64,000 nucleotides of DNA, from NCBI GenBank assembly GCA_964035545.1, contig OZ037765.1, forward strand, positions 7,450,698 to 7,514,697, given 5' to 3'. The stretch comes from Bugula neritina. Its lineage: Eukaryota; Animalia; Bryozoa. The notes below the pieces were generated by a model that did no database searches, was not told the origin of the DNA, and saw only the letters and a list, made by a program, of their open reading frames with translations. Within the stretch, counting starts at the first letter, position 1; the number at the start of each line of letters is the position of its first letter. Both the position numbers and the translations under genes were made by a program. Shown one piece after another: positions 1-12,449 of the stretch.

Positions 1-53
1 TCGAAAGTTGGACACTCCCGACTTCTAAAATTTACCACCAATCGTCGGGCAAA

Positions 54-132
54 AATCAGATACCCAAACTTTGGGCACACGGAATCAGATGCCCAAACTT
101 TGGGCACACGGAATCAGATGCCCAAATTTCGG
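54..132. repeat. Short tandem repeat, 29-bp unit CCCAAACTTTGGGCACACGGAATCAGATG (~2.5 copies), probably the end of a DNA transposon cut by the window edge
   Basis: Direct repeats at ~63-91 and 92-120 plus partial copies; each unit contains a CCCAAA/TTTGGG hairpin; CpG-rich relative to flanks. Confidence 0.6.
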
Positions 133-419
133 TACTCTCCGACTTCGGCTAAGGATCGGTTTACAAAACAAAAAAAATTGGACAGGTAAAAACATAATAC
201 AAGAAAAAACAACTTCTAAAAATTACCTCAAAAGCTATTACAATATTGACTGTATATGAATATTCCCCTTATGTAGCTATTCTTATTGTGATATGTAAGG
301 AATACTAATTACATTAAGTTTATATCCTGTTGATTTATTTCGTGTAATGTATTCCAATTTCTCTCCTTTTCTTATTCTTAGTCTACTAATATCATTATCA
401 TTTTACAAAAAGAGTTGAT

Positions 420-545
420 GAGGCTCTGTTTGCACTGCAGCGTTTTTCATCTGGGCACATAACTCCAAACAACGATACTGTAGACTGTGAAACTGAGTAC
501 AGCAGTTGCAAAACATATAGAGCAATAAATTCTTTTGAATTGTAA
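420..545 (+). repeat. Dispersed repeat fragment (second copy at ~3020-3135)
   Basis: Shared blocks TTTGCAYTGCA...AACTCCAAAC...TGTGAAACTGAGTA..AGTTGCRAAACATATAGA at both sites. Confidence 0.55.
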
Positions 546-1545
546 TAATTAGCTTAATTACACAGTATCAGTATGAGGTTGAGGTACGTATGAAACTAGA
601 AGTGATATCATTTTTATTCTATTTTTAAAATACAAAATAATTGAACTTGGAGGTTAATATGCTTTTTAACAAGAGCTGGGAGAAGCTCCAGAATCAAATT
701 CAGACTACAATATTTTTAATTCTATGTTGCATTTGGCATTTCATTTTTCAATCTTCAAAAGTGTTTGCTCAGCTATGTTTGGTGCAATATACATACATAC
801 ATATACATATATATATTTTTTTAAAAATGAATTCCGAAAAGTAAAAACACATACATATATATGTACATAGTTCACTGTAACACAGCATAGCTTTACACCA
901 CAAAGTTTATTTTATTTTACAATGTGTGTTGTTTATTCCTAGAAAAATTACAGTATTTCTTATTGTTTGAAAATTGAATTAGTTAATTTTGCTGTCAGTT
1001 ATTGATAGCCTGTCAAGACATCTACATGTGGCAATCATAATGAAATGTACGTGTTGAATTCCATTCAGTTGAATCACTTATAGTTGGTTATATGCAGGTA
1101 TAAGGCTTTATTCAACCTATCAGCAGTTAAATGTTAGAGTTTATATTTAGCATCTAACTTTACCCAACTTTAGCTGTCCAGTAAGTAGCCTTGTGAAACA
1201 ACCTGCCGCAAAGAAAAATCTTGTAAGTTAATATTTACAAATAAAATTTAAAATAGGAAATAGATCTTTATTTGAAATTTTAAAGAGTTTTCATCATTAC
1301 TAACTGTATGCAGATAAGGAGTAATTAGAGGTGGTGTGATTGCATATATATAACTAAAACATGTTTGCATCCGCAGTTAACCAAACATAATATTATCTCT
1401 TGAAAGTACACCCAGAATAGTTATCCATATTTTTTGAACTATTTTTAACAAAAAGATTTGAAATTGTAAATATTATACGTACTCTAAAATATTGTTAAAA
1501 CTCTTGTGTAAAAGGTGTAAGACAGTACGAGCTACAGAACACACT

Positions 1546-3533
1546 ATGGCTAAGCTGGATGTAGACAATCACTTGATGATAGTTGGCAACTTCGGGAAAT
1601 ACCAATGGCTGCAGCTGCTGCTCACAGGCATGATGGTTGCATGCTTCGGGATGCAGATGTTCGTCTCTATCTTTTCTCACGGCACACCAGATTACAAGTA
1701 AGTGAAATAGTCTATTTATAATTGGTATAATTGGTATTAAGTTGCAGTTGTCATCCCATATAGAAATACAGTTTTCAATACAATAATATAACTTGAGAAT
1801 AATTATAGAGTTGATGTTTGAAGAATATTCCGCTACCAACATCTTAATAATATATACAACTTCCTAAAAGCACAAGTACTACATAGCTGATTGAACTGTA
1901 TTCAGTTGATGTTTACTTACGCTATGCTGTGTATTTTTTGTTTTGCTACAAAAACGTTCAATTTAAAACGTTTTATATTGTTTTCACTATTTTTTCAGAT
2001 GCCAATACGCGGAGAACCTTAACAACTCAAAGGATTTCAATTCTACTCAAAGTATAGCTGTTGATGCTTGTAATGTACAAGTTAATGGCGAGTGGTGCAC
2101 GAAGTTTGACTATGACAAGAGTATGTTTATGTCTACCATAGTTACAGATGTGAGTATATAATGCAATTTTATATGGTTTCTTGTCAAAATAATATTGTAT
2201 GGCGTATGCTTTGTGCATATAGTACTTCAATCAATGATGACACGTGAAACTACATGTTATATTTATAACACTGCATACTTTTGATACTAAAAACTGTTTA
2301 TAAATGATTCTAACTATATTTAAACTATAATTTTTTTACTATAATGTCTTATACATATCACTATACATATGTGATATAAAATCATTTTATTGAATTTTCA
2401 ATACGAATAATTATATATTACATTATAGACTGCCATATACTGCACAGAACAATAAATTCTAAAGAATAAATTGACGTAGTATTATAATATTAAAATAGCA
2501 TAATATAATGTTGCGCATTATATAAAGTATAAATATTCCCCATATAACTATTATTATTTTATACTAATATATTATACCGCTGATCAATTACTCATATTAT
2601 AGACCTATTATAATTTCTCTCCTTAACTTATTTTACTAATATTATTTTCAGGTGTGTTACATTTTACTATTATACATCATTATATACTATCCTTGCAATG
2701 CTTGTCTGTATTATTATAATAAGGCACGCATGATCTAGAATGCCATTGACAAAATATTTTTGACAATGCATTAGCTTCAAATACAACTTCAGCGCTAATT
2801 TTAGTTTGATTTGGTCTGCGATAGGAAACATTATGTTACCATAGCAAATATGGCTTGGATGGCCAGTGAAGGAGTTGGAGCTCTTCTAGGTTCCTACATT
2901 AGTGACAGGTGATGTAACAATGTTTGCAATCAGCATCGATGAAAAGAGGGGCAATTTTATAAACAACATTAATATAAATACTTTGTTGAAGGATGTGAAT
3001 TATCAATGTAATTTAATGTGAGGTGACATGGCTTTGCATTGCATAATATTTCAACTCCAAACCTAGAGGCTGTAATTTGTGAAACTGAGTATTGTAGTTG
3101 CGAAACATATAGAAAAATATTTCTTATTTAAATTACAACATTAGGGGTATCACTATAGGCTGAGTTGTGTAATGGTACCAGAGGCTATTCTTATTTTAAC
3201 CTTGTTGAAGCTAAAAAACATCAATACTGGTGATTTATACTCTGAAATTTTGTAACAGGTGCTGTTAAAAACTCCATATTTCAATATTGCTAAAACATGT
3301 TTGTGGTAGTTTTGTATGTTTTGTTTTGCTGCCTTCGATTGATAAAATGTTGAATGCAACATAAAATGGAAAATCTTAAATAAGATTTTCCATTTTATGT
3401 TGCATTCAACATTTTATCAATCCAACATCAAAAGTTTTTGTTCATTTCTGTTTGGTACTTTTTCAATGATTTACTACCAAACATTTCATACAAAAACATA
3501 GAATGTTCAAAAAAAAGAAAAAAAAAATATATA

Positions 3534-3586
<53 letters not shown>

Positions 3587-3776
3587 TAGCATTTTGCAAT
3601 GCTCATGACTCCTAGGTGACCCCTAGAGTCACTTGAGCACTCTGGCTTGAGTTTACACACCTTTTAAATATGCTTTAGTAAAACTATAAGTTTTACTATT
3701 GCGAAGGTGTGGGCCATGGTACTCTGTTCTGTGCTGATGAGGGGACAAATTCCGAAACAGCTGCTGTCCACAGATT

Positions 3777-3834
<58 letters not shown>

Positions 3835-6800
3835 CACCATATCATCATCATGATTTACAGATATGGGAGAAAGCCAATGGTCATAGCAACATATCTAACG
3901 ATTGGAGTGTTTGGCAGTGTGACCGCCTCCTCTGTTAACCTCACCATGTACATCATCATACGGTGTATCATGGGATTTGTCTGCTTTGCTGGATTTTCGG
4001 CTGCTGCAGCACTCTGTAAATATTCTTTACGACTTTTTACAATACTTTGCATGTATGCTAAATGGGAAGCTTCTGTATTTCAGACTGCATAAGGTTAAAA
4101 AATAATCTGCACACTGAGATGAATAATTAAGGTCAAAAAGACAAAAACTGAATACAACATGACCAATACAGTGTACAAATATGTGAAATACAGGTAGATA
4201 ATTTAGTAATGCCACCTACCATGATGAACAGTAAATAAATATATCTATATAAACTATGCCAGATAATAATGCTGGTATCCATTTTAAGTCGAGACTGGGC
4301 GAATAAAAATGTATGACAGTTTTTTGAGTCAATAAAAATGCTACGCCTTCGAACGGAATGATTTTATGCTTGCAAAAATATTTAGTAACACTAATGGTTG
4401 GCTGTTAGATGACTACATTCCTAGCTTCATAGTGTACCTCTATTCTCCATCATCTTAGAGCAGTACATGTTTCTATCACCGGCAAGCAATGGTCTATACT
4501 CATTGACTGTTGAAATTTTACAGAGAGTTTTTTGTTGTGTATAACTAGCAGTTATGTTGCTTATAAATAGCTAAATTATACTTGTGTTTTACAAGAGAGT
4601 TTTATAATTATATTACTGAATGCTCATGTATTAGTATTTTAAAGGCTCAAAAGGCAGTGAAATTGCTGTTTAGCAGAATAAGATATTCTAGTGTAACAGA
4701 TAAAATGAAACTCCTTGGTTGATACCTTTTATACTAGTTATTAGCCTTGTAACTTATAACAATTACATCGAGCCAATTTTTAACTTTGAACCTATAGATA
4801 TATGCTATTTTAATAGGCTTAGCTCATCATGGTTTTATCAAATAATAATTGTTTTTTAGAACTTTACCAAAAAATTAATGTATTTAAACCTTATAGCTAT
4901 TTCCGACTGTTACTCCTTTTCTTTTGACAGTTTGTCAACAAATCGCCATTATAGGTTTAATATTTTTTGGACTATAACTTAATTAATTTCTCTTTTTTCT
5001 AGTGATGGAGAGTGTATCCCCTCATAAGAGATCTCAGGCTTTAAACGCTATAGACCTCTTCTGGGTGCTGGGCTACAGCTCTCTCTCTTTGTGGGGCTTC
5101 CTAATTCGAGAGTGGCGCTACTTACAGCTGGCTATTAGCATTATCGGCGTGCCTTTAGGCATCATTTCCTTTTGGTAGGTAATTTATTATTTCTAGTGAA
5201 TAGTTGAGAAACAAAAATGTCTAATACTCATACTAATGCTCAATGCTTGCCTAGATAGCATAACTCCAAGTTTCAAGTCTAGAATTTCGAAGTTTAAACC
5301 CTTGTTTTCAGGCTGCTTGAAGAAAGTCCCCACTGGTTATCAATCAATGGCAAGGAGCAGAAGTTGCTTGAGTTGCTGAATAAAATGGCTCGATGGAATG
5401 GAGTAGACATGCCTAATGCTATCCGTGGAGATTCACCCGGAGAAGAAAGCAAACTAGATTTTAAAACTGAGGAAGTGGCTGGTGGGTCAAGAGAAAACTG
5501 TTGTGACATCTGGCGCCACAAAAGAGTGATTGTCAGATTGATAGTGTACTCATTGGGGTGGTAAGTTTTAACTGGCCAGGCATGAAACAGTCTGACAATC
5601 ATTAAAGGTATTTTTTGTTCTAAAATTGATGAGAACTTAAAAATTAATGTAGCTATCATCTTGAAAAAGTTTTTAATGCAAAAACACACACACTTTATCA
5701 TTAAATATATACCAAAAGACGTTTTTGAAGCTATTACATTGTAACCTACTTTCTTGGTAGTTTAGTTAGAAAAATTTGCAGATTTCCATCCTATGTTTAT
5801 CATAAATCTTCTGTTTTAGGGTAGCTTGTGCATTCTGCTACTATGCTTTATCGTTTGGAGTGACAAACCTTCCTGGTAACTTGTACCTCAATAACTTTAT
5901 AATGAGTGGAGTAGAAGCCCTGGCTTATGTGTGCTGCTTCGTCATAGCATACACTGGACGAAAAGTGCCTACAGTTGGAAGTTATTTGGCAGGAGGGTGC
6001 AGTCTTCTGATATCCATTATAATACAGCTTTATGCACCTGGTATAGTATTTATCTGCTTTTATATTAACTAAATTATTTTGAATACACGTATGATGAAAT
6101 ATATTTAAATTTTTACCAAATTTATCAAAGGTTGCATATCCGTTCAATACAAGAGTAGTTGCTATAGTTTGCTAAATTAAAACAAAGACACCATGTAATT
6201 AACCACCGTTTACCAATTACACAATTAATATCAAGTAATGCTCTGCTATAAAAAGATATAATTGCTAGTCTAATAATTACTGACCCAGGGTTACTAATGA
6301 TCAGTAGTTGTTAATGTAAATTAATTTATCTGGCAGCTCAAAGTTATTGCGTTGGAACTGGTAAACATGGTATTGAATTCTTATTTAGAGACTTTAGCTA
6401 GAGCCAGAGCCATCACAGCACTTAGTGTTGTGGGAAAGTTCTGCATATCAGCAGCATGGCAGATAATATTTGTATGGCAGAGTGAAGTTTACCCGACGAC
6501 TCATAGGTGCATGCTGACATCTCTCAACGGTGTGGTTGGCCGTATCGGCACTATTCTAGCTCCCTACATGGTTGACTTGGTAAATACACAATATTATTTT
6601 ACTGTGAAAGCTTTAATCATTTAAAAATATGTTCTGGTTTAATATAATGACATTGAGATGGTTGAGTGACTCTAAACTGTTGCTTTACAGCACAAGTACA
6701 TTAATGTGCCCAATGAAGACATCATTTTGCCATCACTGTTTGTGGTGTTAATGGTTGGTGTTGGGCTGATGCACATCATTCCACCAGAAACTAACAAAAG

Positions 6801-7259
6801 GAAACTTCCAGTGAATTTGCATGAAGCCAATAAGTCAAGGTAAGTTTTAGTTAATTTATCTTATAGAAAACTCTAACCTTAGGAGTTGTTTTCCCATTTA
6901 TTTACAATTTCGCGCCTAAGCACCAATTTTGGCTCTTCTGAAAATACCATTAAATGCATTGATACTGCCACTAGTTTATTAACCGTAATATAATATTACT
7001 GCTTATAGATATATCAAGGTAAATATAAAACTACGGTATATTATACTTTTGGAGTGTTAGTTCTAAGGAAGTGTTCAGTACAAGAAGTTATCTGACTACA
7101 ACTATTATAAATTAAACTGGAATAATTATATAATTTGTATAAGCTTCAAGTTAAGCACTTAAACCGGCACTACATTGTAGCTTTCCATTTGCTGGAGAAC
7201 AAGATGAACTAAGAAGTACTTTCAAAGAAGATGGATTGCTGCAGACTACCAACACATAA
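1546..7259 (+). CDS. SLC22-family organic cation/anion transporter (MFS), 10 coding exons
   Basis: Exons ~1546-1697, 1999-2149, 2805-2908, 3861-4015, 5003-5174, 5312-5560, 5820-6040, 6389-6579, 6691-6839, 7181-7259; all GT-AG and in frame. SLC22 motifs: GNFGKYQ, STIVTDFDLVC, SDRYGRK, ESPHWL, EVYPTTHR, PET. Confidence 0.9.
3337..3422. repeat. Perfect inverted repeat, 42-bp arms with 2-nt spacer
   Basis: GATTGATAAAATGTTGAATGCAACATAAAATGGAAAATCTTA-AA-TAAGATTTTCCATTTTATGTTGCATTCAACATTTTATCAATC. Confidence 0.95.
3528..3584. repeat. (TG)n/(TA)n microsatellite
   Basis: Direct reading. Confidence 0.95.
3728..3774 (+). ncRNA. Minimal type I hammerhead ribozyme motif (Penelope/retrozyme-like) in SLC22 intron 3
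   Basis: Stem I TCTGTG/CACAGA; core CTGATGA (3734-3740); stem II GGGG-ACAAA-TTCC; GAAA (3754-3757); palindromic stem III ACAGC-T-GCTGT; GUC cleavage triplet at 3766-3768. Confidence 0.8.
3781..3832. repeat. (TA)n microsatellite directly after the hammerhead motif
   Basis: Direct reading. Confidence 0.95.
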
Positions 7260-7986
7260 CCTATCATCTAACTCGAGCTTAGTAGAATTAGGTATAGCTT
7301 TACACACTGCAATACACAATATATTATTTTAAAATGTCAATGAAATAAAATTAAAACTGGGAAATAGATTGAACAACAATCGTACAACTGGAAGCATTAT
7401 AATTATATGCTGGCATAAACAATAATGAATGTGGCACCGAGTAGATGATTTTTTTACTTTATTAATTTATTTGATGACTAAACCATGATGATGATCACTG
7501 TAATGTGAATAGAGTTTAGCCAAAAGATTAGCAAAGCATAAAATTTACATAATTCGGTGTTCATTTCTATTATTTTGAAACAATATAACTTTGTTTTGTA
7601 GTTCTTAGTGACTATACAATATATGCTATACATTTAGATATTTTTATTATGTATATGCTTTCCATATCTATTGCATGAATAAATTTGAATATCATATTTA
7701 AAGATGGCACAAATAAAACTAAAAGCCATTTATATTAGTTTTAGATTAACCCAGGGATTGGGAAAAAAACAAAATCTAAACGTCACAAAATCTCGAGTTC
7801 AACATGACATTTTGAGGCAACATTGGTGGCTTCCTGCGTATCAACTTTATAAAAATGAAGTATAAACACACATAACTACAATGGTAACATGTATGAGAGA
7901 TCATCTATGCAACATACTCTTCCAACATTTGCTACAAACAATATTCCTAATCATAGGTTTACTAACTCCAGCTGTAACATAGACTA

Positions 7987-10377
7987 TCAGGATTTTTCAG
8001 CATACTTCTTCTTCATTTTGGCATAATCTTTGATATGTTGTAATGACCCTTTGACAATGGACTCGGCATCATATCGTCTTTCATATACATCTACTACCTG
8101 CCCCTTAGGGTCTATAAGGTACATGCATATTGTGTGGTCTACCTGCAATAGGGAACCAATACTTTATACAAGAAAAGAATTTTTAAAATGTATTTTTATA
8201 TTATTCAAAGCCACTGCGGTGACTCGGTGATTACACCCGCAGTGTACAAATAAGGAACTTGGGCAAATATAGTACGTAAATCGACTTTTATCAATGCTTA
8301 AACTAAATTAAAGGTTATAAGAGAAAAAAATGTGTTTACATCAAAAGAAGAGAAAGCAATCATAAAAGCAGCAAACTTACTATATAGTCACCATCGCTGT
8401 CTTTTTCTCCTATACCAAAATACACTCTGTATGATTTAGCTACCTCCGATATTTCATCCATACTTCCGGTAAATCCTATTAGATTCTCAAAATCTGTAAA
8501 GCCAATGATGCACGATGATACCAACCAACATAATAATGAAGTATATATACTAATATTATATTTTAACAAACGCAAAATTTACTTCCTTTTATGTAAAAAC
8601 TCAAAGCATTAGTATCATTAGCATTGATGAGCAGTAATCAATGTTATAGAACCCAGTAAATTACCTTTACAGTACTTATGCATGTAATCTACAGTATCTC
8701 TATCGGGATCCAAGGTGATGAAAACTGGCTGCACGTTCACTGAGTTTGAACTTTTACCTGCGCAACATATTTAACAAGTGATAAACCTACGAAAGTGGAG
8801 AGTTTAAACTAGTATAAAATAGTACTTCTCATATAGATAAAAAATTTATTAATATTGGCTTGTTGGATATATACTAAATAATATTTGGAATTTTAGAAAA
8901 AACCTCTGTCATTTATTGCAATAAGAGATATAAAAAACGTACTAATGCCTTGAACAACCTTCATGAGTTTTTCTAGTTCCTCTGGACATATATCTGGACA
9001 GTGACTGAAGCCAAAATAGAGCATAAGCCACTGGCCGGTGAAGTCAGAAAACAGTCTACGTTTACCGTGCTGGTCTGTCAGGGACCAGTTGAGACTCCCC
9101 ACCCCCGACTCTGCAAGGGCGGATATTCTCTGCTCTGATTTCACTAGAAACAGTGAAGTGGAGAGCATCATCAAGTGACAGTTACTTTACTAATAACTTT
9201 GAAAATAACCAGACAAGATGAGCAGAAAAGTCAAGAAGTAAAGAAATAACAAACTCACACAACTGTTTGCCTTGTTCGAGCCACACATACAAACCATAGA
9301 GTGCAGCACTTATTAGTACTGAGACACCTATACTGATGGGTGTGATGTTTATTAACTAAAAGTAAACAATACATACATTAAGCATTGGGATATTCACTAT
9401 AATATATGTACTTGTTATTATGTGATAAAAGAAATAATTTATACTCACTGCTAGTCACATGAATTTAAAGTTATTTGTTAAAAGAACTGAAAATATTTTG
9501 CTTAGTGGACACATTACCATTCTATATTTTTGCCAACACAAGCTTGAGTCAGATTTTCTCTAATTTAAAATCATCTAAATTATATTTCATATCATATAAT
9601 TCTAATATAAGTTGGTCAAGTAGTGTCTTATTAAAAATTAATAACAAGTGCGAAGCTGCGAGCAAAAAGAGTGAAAATTTTAAAGAAAAAACTTACAGGT
9701 TGTTTCTTGGATGAGCTCTGATATCTCACTGAAGCTAAGTTGTAGAGCTATCAAAAATAAATATTTCATAGAACCACAAAAAATAATTACAGGTTCTTTG
9801 AAGTAATTCAATAATCTAGCAATCATATCTCAATCACAAATCCTGCATATCTTTAATGACACTGTATCTCAAAAACGGAAAAATTAAATTATGGTCCGGA
9901 TACTGTAAAAATCCAGTCACATTTCATAAAAGTATATTATGAAAAGTGAACATAAATGCTGAATTGAATTAAAAAATTAACTTATCTCTTATTGGTCTAA
10001 AGAATAAAATTGGCATATTTATGTTGAAAAATTATATGACAGACCGAATTTATTAGAAAATTTGAATATTTGAACAAATTGCATAATTTGAAAATGTCCA
10101 TTCTGACAAGTAATCCAAGTATGGATTTGTTTTTATCCAATATGTCACAGTAAACTAGTCTTTATGATGAAATATAACTATGAATAGACCAAAATAAATT
10201 ATTATACTTTTTACTTACTTGCATGTGCTTGTCATGGTTCCAACGAAGAATTGGTGAGCTAATGTTGGAAAAATAAAGTCTGCCTGGTGCACTAGACTTT
10301 GCTTTACAATCACAATGTCTGCATACTGAGTGACAAATTCTCCAAAAATATCTGACTTGGGATGGCTTGAGTATCAT
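7987..10377 (-). CDS. SCO1: SCO1/SCO2 cytochrome c oxidase copper chaperone, 7 coding exons
   Basis: Exons ~10377-10219, 9748-9697, 9355-9259, 9143-8943, 8757-8664, 8493-8381, 8142-7987. Motifs YFGFSHCPDICPEEL (CxxxC), PVFITLDPDRD, LIGFTGS, YIVDHT; N-terminal presequence and TM helix. Likely 5'UTR exon with donor at ~11049. Confidence 0.92.
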
Positions 10378-10399
10378 CTTTCAACACTACCTATTAAAT

Positions 10400-10880
10400 A
10401 GAATATAACTATTACTATAAGCTTTTAAGTTTTGCATAATTTTAAAGCTTTTATTGATTCATTTATTTTCAATGATTATCACTTGATCATGATAATAAAT
10501 CAAAACATAATCATAAACTTGTTGTCAGTAATTACAATTACTGATAACGTGATAAGTGATAATTATTAATTACAATCATTGATAATCATAATAATAGTCA
10601 TAATGATTATGATAAGGGTGTTTTAAACTTTATAAACATTATCAGTAATGAACTATAACTTATAGTTATAGTTATAGTTTTAAGTAATAATCATTAATCA
10701 TAATGATCTTAGTCTTACTACTAATTTTTTTAGTTCAAGCTTAGATTTAAAACTCATTCTCATACTCATATAAAAGATTAACATTTTTCAACTTTAAGTT
10801 AAAGCAAAACTAATATTGATTATAATCATCTTGATATTGATATTCATCACTTCATCATCATGATCATGGAATTCAAATTG
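10400..10880. repeat. 6-bp-periodic degenerate (ANTNNN)n tract in SCO intron 1
   Basis: e.g. GATAATCATAATAATAGTCATAATGATTATGATAAG; ACTATAACTTATAGTTATAGTTATAGT. Confidence 0.7.
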
Positions 10881-11094
10881 GATTTAAATTAAATTGTCAT
10901 GGAAATGTCAGAGATCTAAGTTATAACAACTTTTGATAGCAAGTTTCACCATTTAATTGTGAATATGACAAAAATAGCAAATGCTGATTTGAAATCAAGT
11001 ATTTGACTTATGCTTCAGCGTGACTTTCAGTTTTATTATATAATTTATACCTCGGCAACACAGCTTTTGATCGCGATTGTTGTTGTATTTGTAG

Positions 11095-11253
11095 TGAAAT
11101 TGCTTTATAGGCAGCGTCAAGTTGGGAGTGACTGAGTGCAATAGTTTGCGACTCTCGCGTTCAAAGTTGGACAAACCCTAACTTCAAACTCGAGAACTTT
11201 GAACTACTGCACTCAGTCACTACCAACTCAAAGCTGCTTATAAAACAATTTAG
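11095..11253. repeat. Imperfect inverted repeat (~75-bp arms), MITE-like hairpin at the SCO 5' end
   Basis: TTGCTTTATAGGCAGC..AGTTGGGAGTGACTGAGTGCAATAGTT versus AACTACTGCACTCAGTCACTACCAACTC..GCTGCTTATAAAACAA. Confidence 0.8.
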
Positions 11254-11534
11254 AGTGAAAAGTAACAAACTATAGCGCGTGAACCTAACAAAGTGAAAGC
11301 GGTCCACACATTATAGAAACGATGGTAAAAGTTATATGAAGACAACAGAACCTTTTGGTCGATACGTGCTTCAACCTGTGAAATATAACAATACTAGGTA
11401 GACATTCTTTTAAATGAAACACCGATTGAAATTAAATGATCTGAATAAAAAAGTATTCAAATTTTATAGTAAAGAAATACAATAAAAAACATTAATATTT
11501 GATTTTTATTTTAATTACATAAAAGAAAACTTTT

Positions 11535-12430
11535 TTAGCGGAGTGTACCGGCGATTCCGATTGTCTCAGATGGCTAGCATCATGGGGCTGCCACACTACA
11601 GTCAAAACGGCCATCTTGAACGCGTTTTCGAGGCTAAGCGTTGACCTCTGTGACGTCACAACTGAACGCAACAGTCAGTTTTTCGCGATGCGATGAAAGT
11701 TCAACATGTTCAACTGTCATCGCTGAAGTTGAGCGATCAGCCAATCACTGACTGGCCAGGTAAACCCTGATTGGTTAAGTGCTTTTACTTTTTCCACGTG
11801 CTACTAGCGAGCATTATTATTTGATTTGGTTCTTCGAAAATTATATTAATTTACTTTTAAAATAATTATGATGAAGTTATGTATGAAAGTTTCAATAAAT
11901 CATGAAAATAAGTATTCATTAGATAAATTTTGCTAAATTTTATCTGCATATTTAGTTTTTCTAATTTGGTTGAATTTTATTAGCGTACTATAACTATTAT
12001 TTTAGTTCTTTAGGCTAGTGAATGAGCTTGAATAAAGCTAAGTAATATCATTAAATAAAGCTAGTAATTTTGAATAATTGAAGCTAGTAAATTAGAATAA
12101 AAATAACTAGAAAATCTTATTAAATTATGCTAGTAAATCTCAAAAAATTGCGCTAAGATTAATTGTTGGTTACTGTGGATACTGCAGAAACTGGTTTATG
12201 GCATTCCTATTGGTTTAAAAGTTTACTGCGAGACTAGAGACAGTTAGCTTTCATCGTTCGTAGTGAACTGTAGTGTGACCAGTAAAAAGTAGGACGTGAC
12301 GTTGAAGGCATGCGCAAGCAGCTCCAAAATGGCCGCCACAGTCGCGTTTCGACTGTAGTGTGTTATGGGCATCACTGCTACACGGCAGGATGTCACTAAG
12401 AATATAAATATTAGTGGCGAGTCATGCACA
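11535..12430. promoter_or_regulatory. Probable bidirectional promoter region between SCO (-) and NDUFA9 (+)
   Basis: Two CpG-rich patches. CRE palindrome TGTGACGTCACA (~11649), CCAAT boxes (~11740, ~11770), E-box CACGTG (~11795), NRF1-like GCATGCGCA (~12308), YY1-like GCCATCTT/AAAATGGC in opposite orientations, repeated ACTGTAGTGTG. Confidence 0.55.
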
Positions 12431-12449
12431 TTGATAGAGAACCCCATAA

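Noticed and set aside
3709-3860. ORF containing a YIYIYI run
   Set aside because: Read-through of a (TA)n microsatellite in the intron; only 3861-4015 is coding
12329-12358. ATGGCCGCCACAGTC.. (MAATVAFRL) as the NDUFA9 mitochondrial presequence
   Set aside because: Stop after nine codons and only a weak donor; an in-phase ATG exon exists at 16182-16233, and the motif is better read as a YY1-like site
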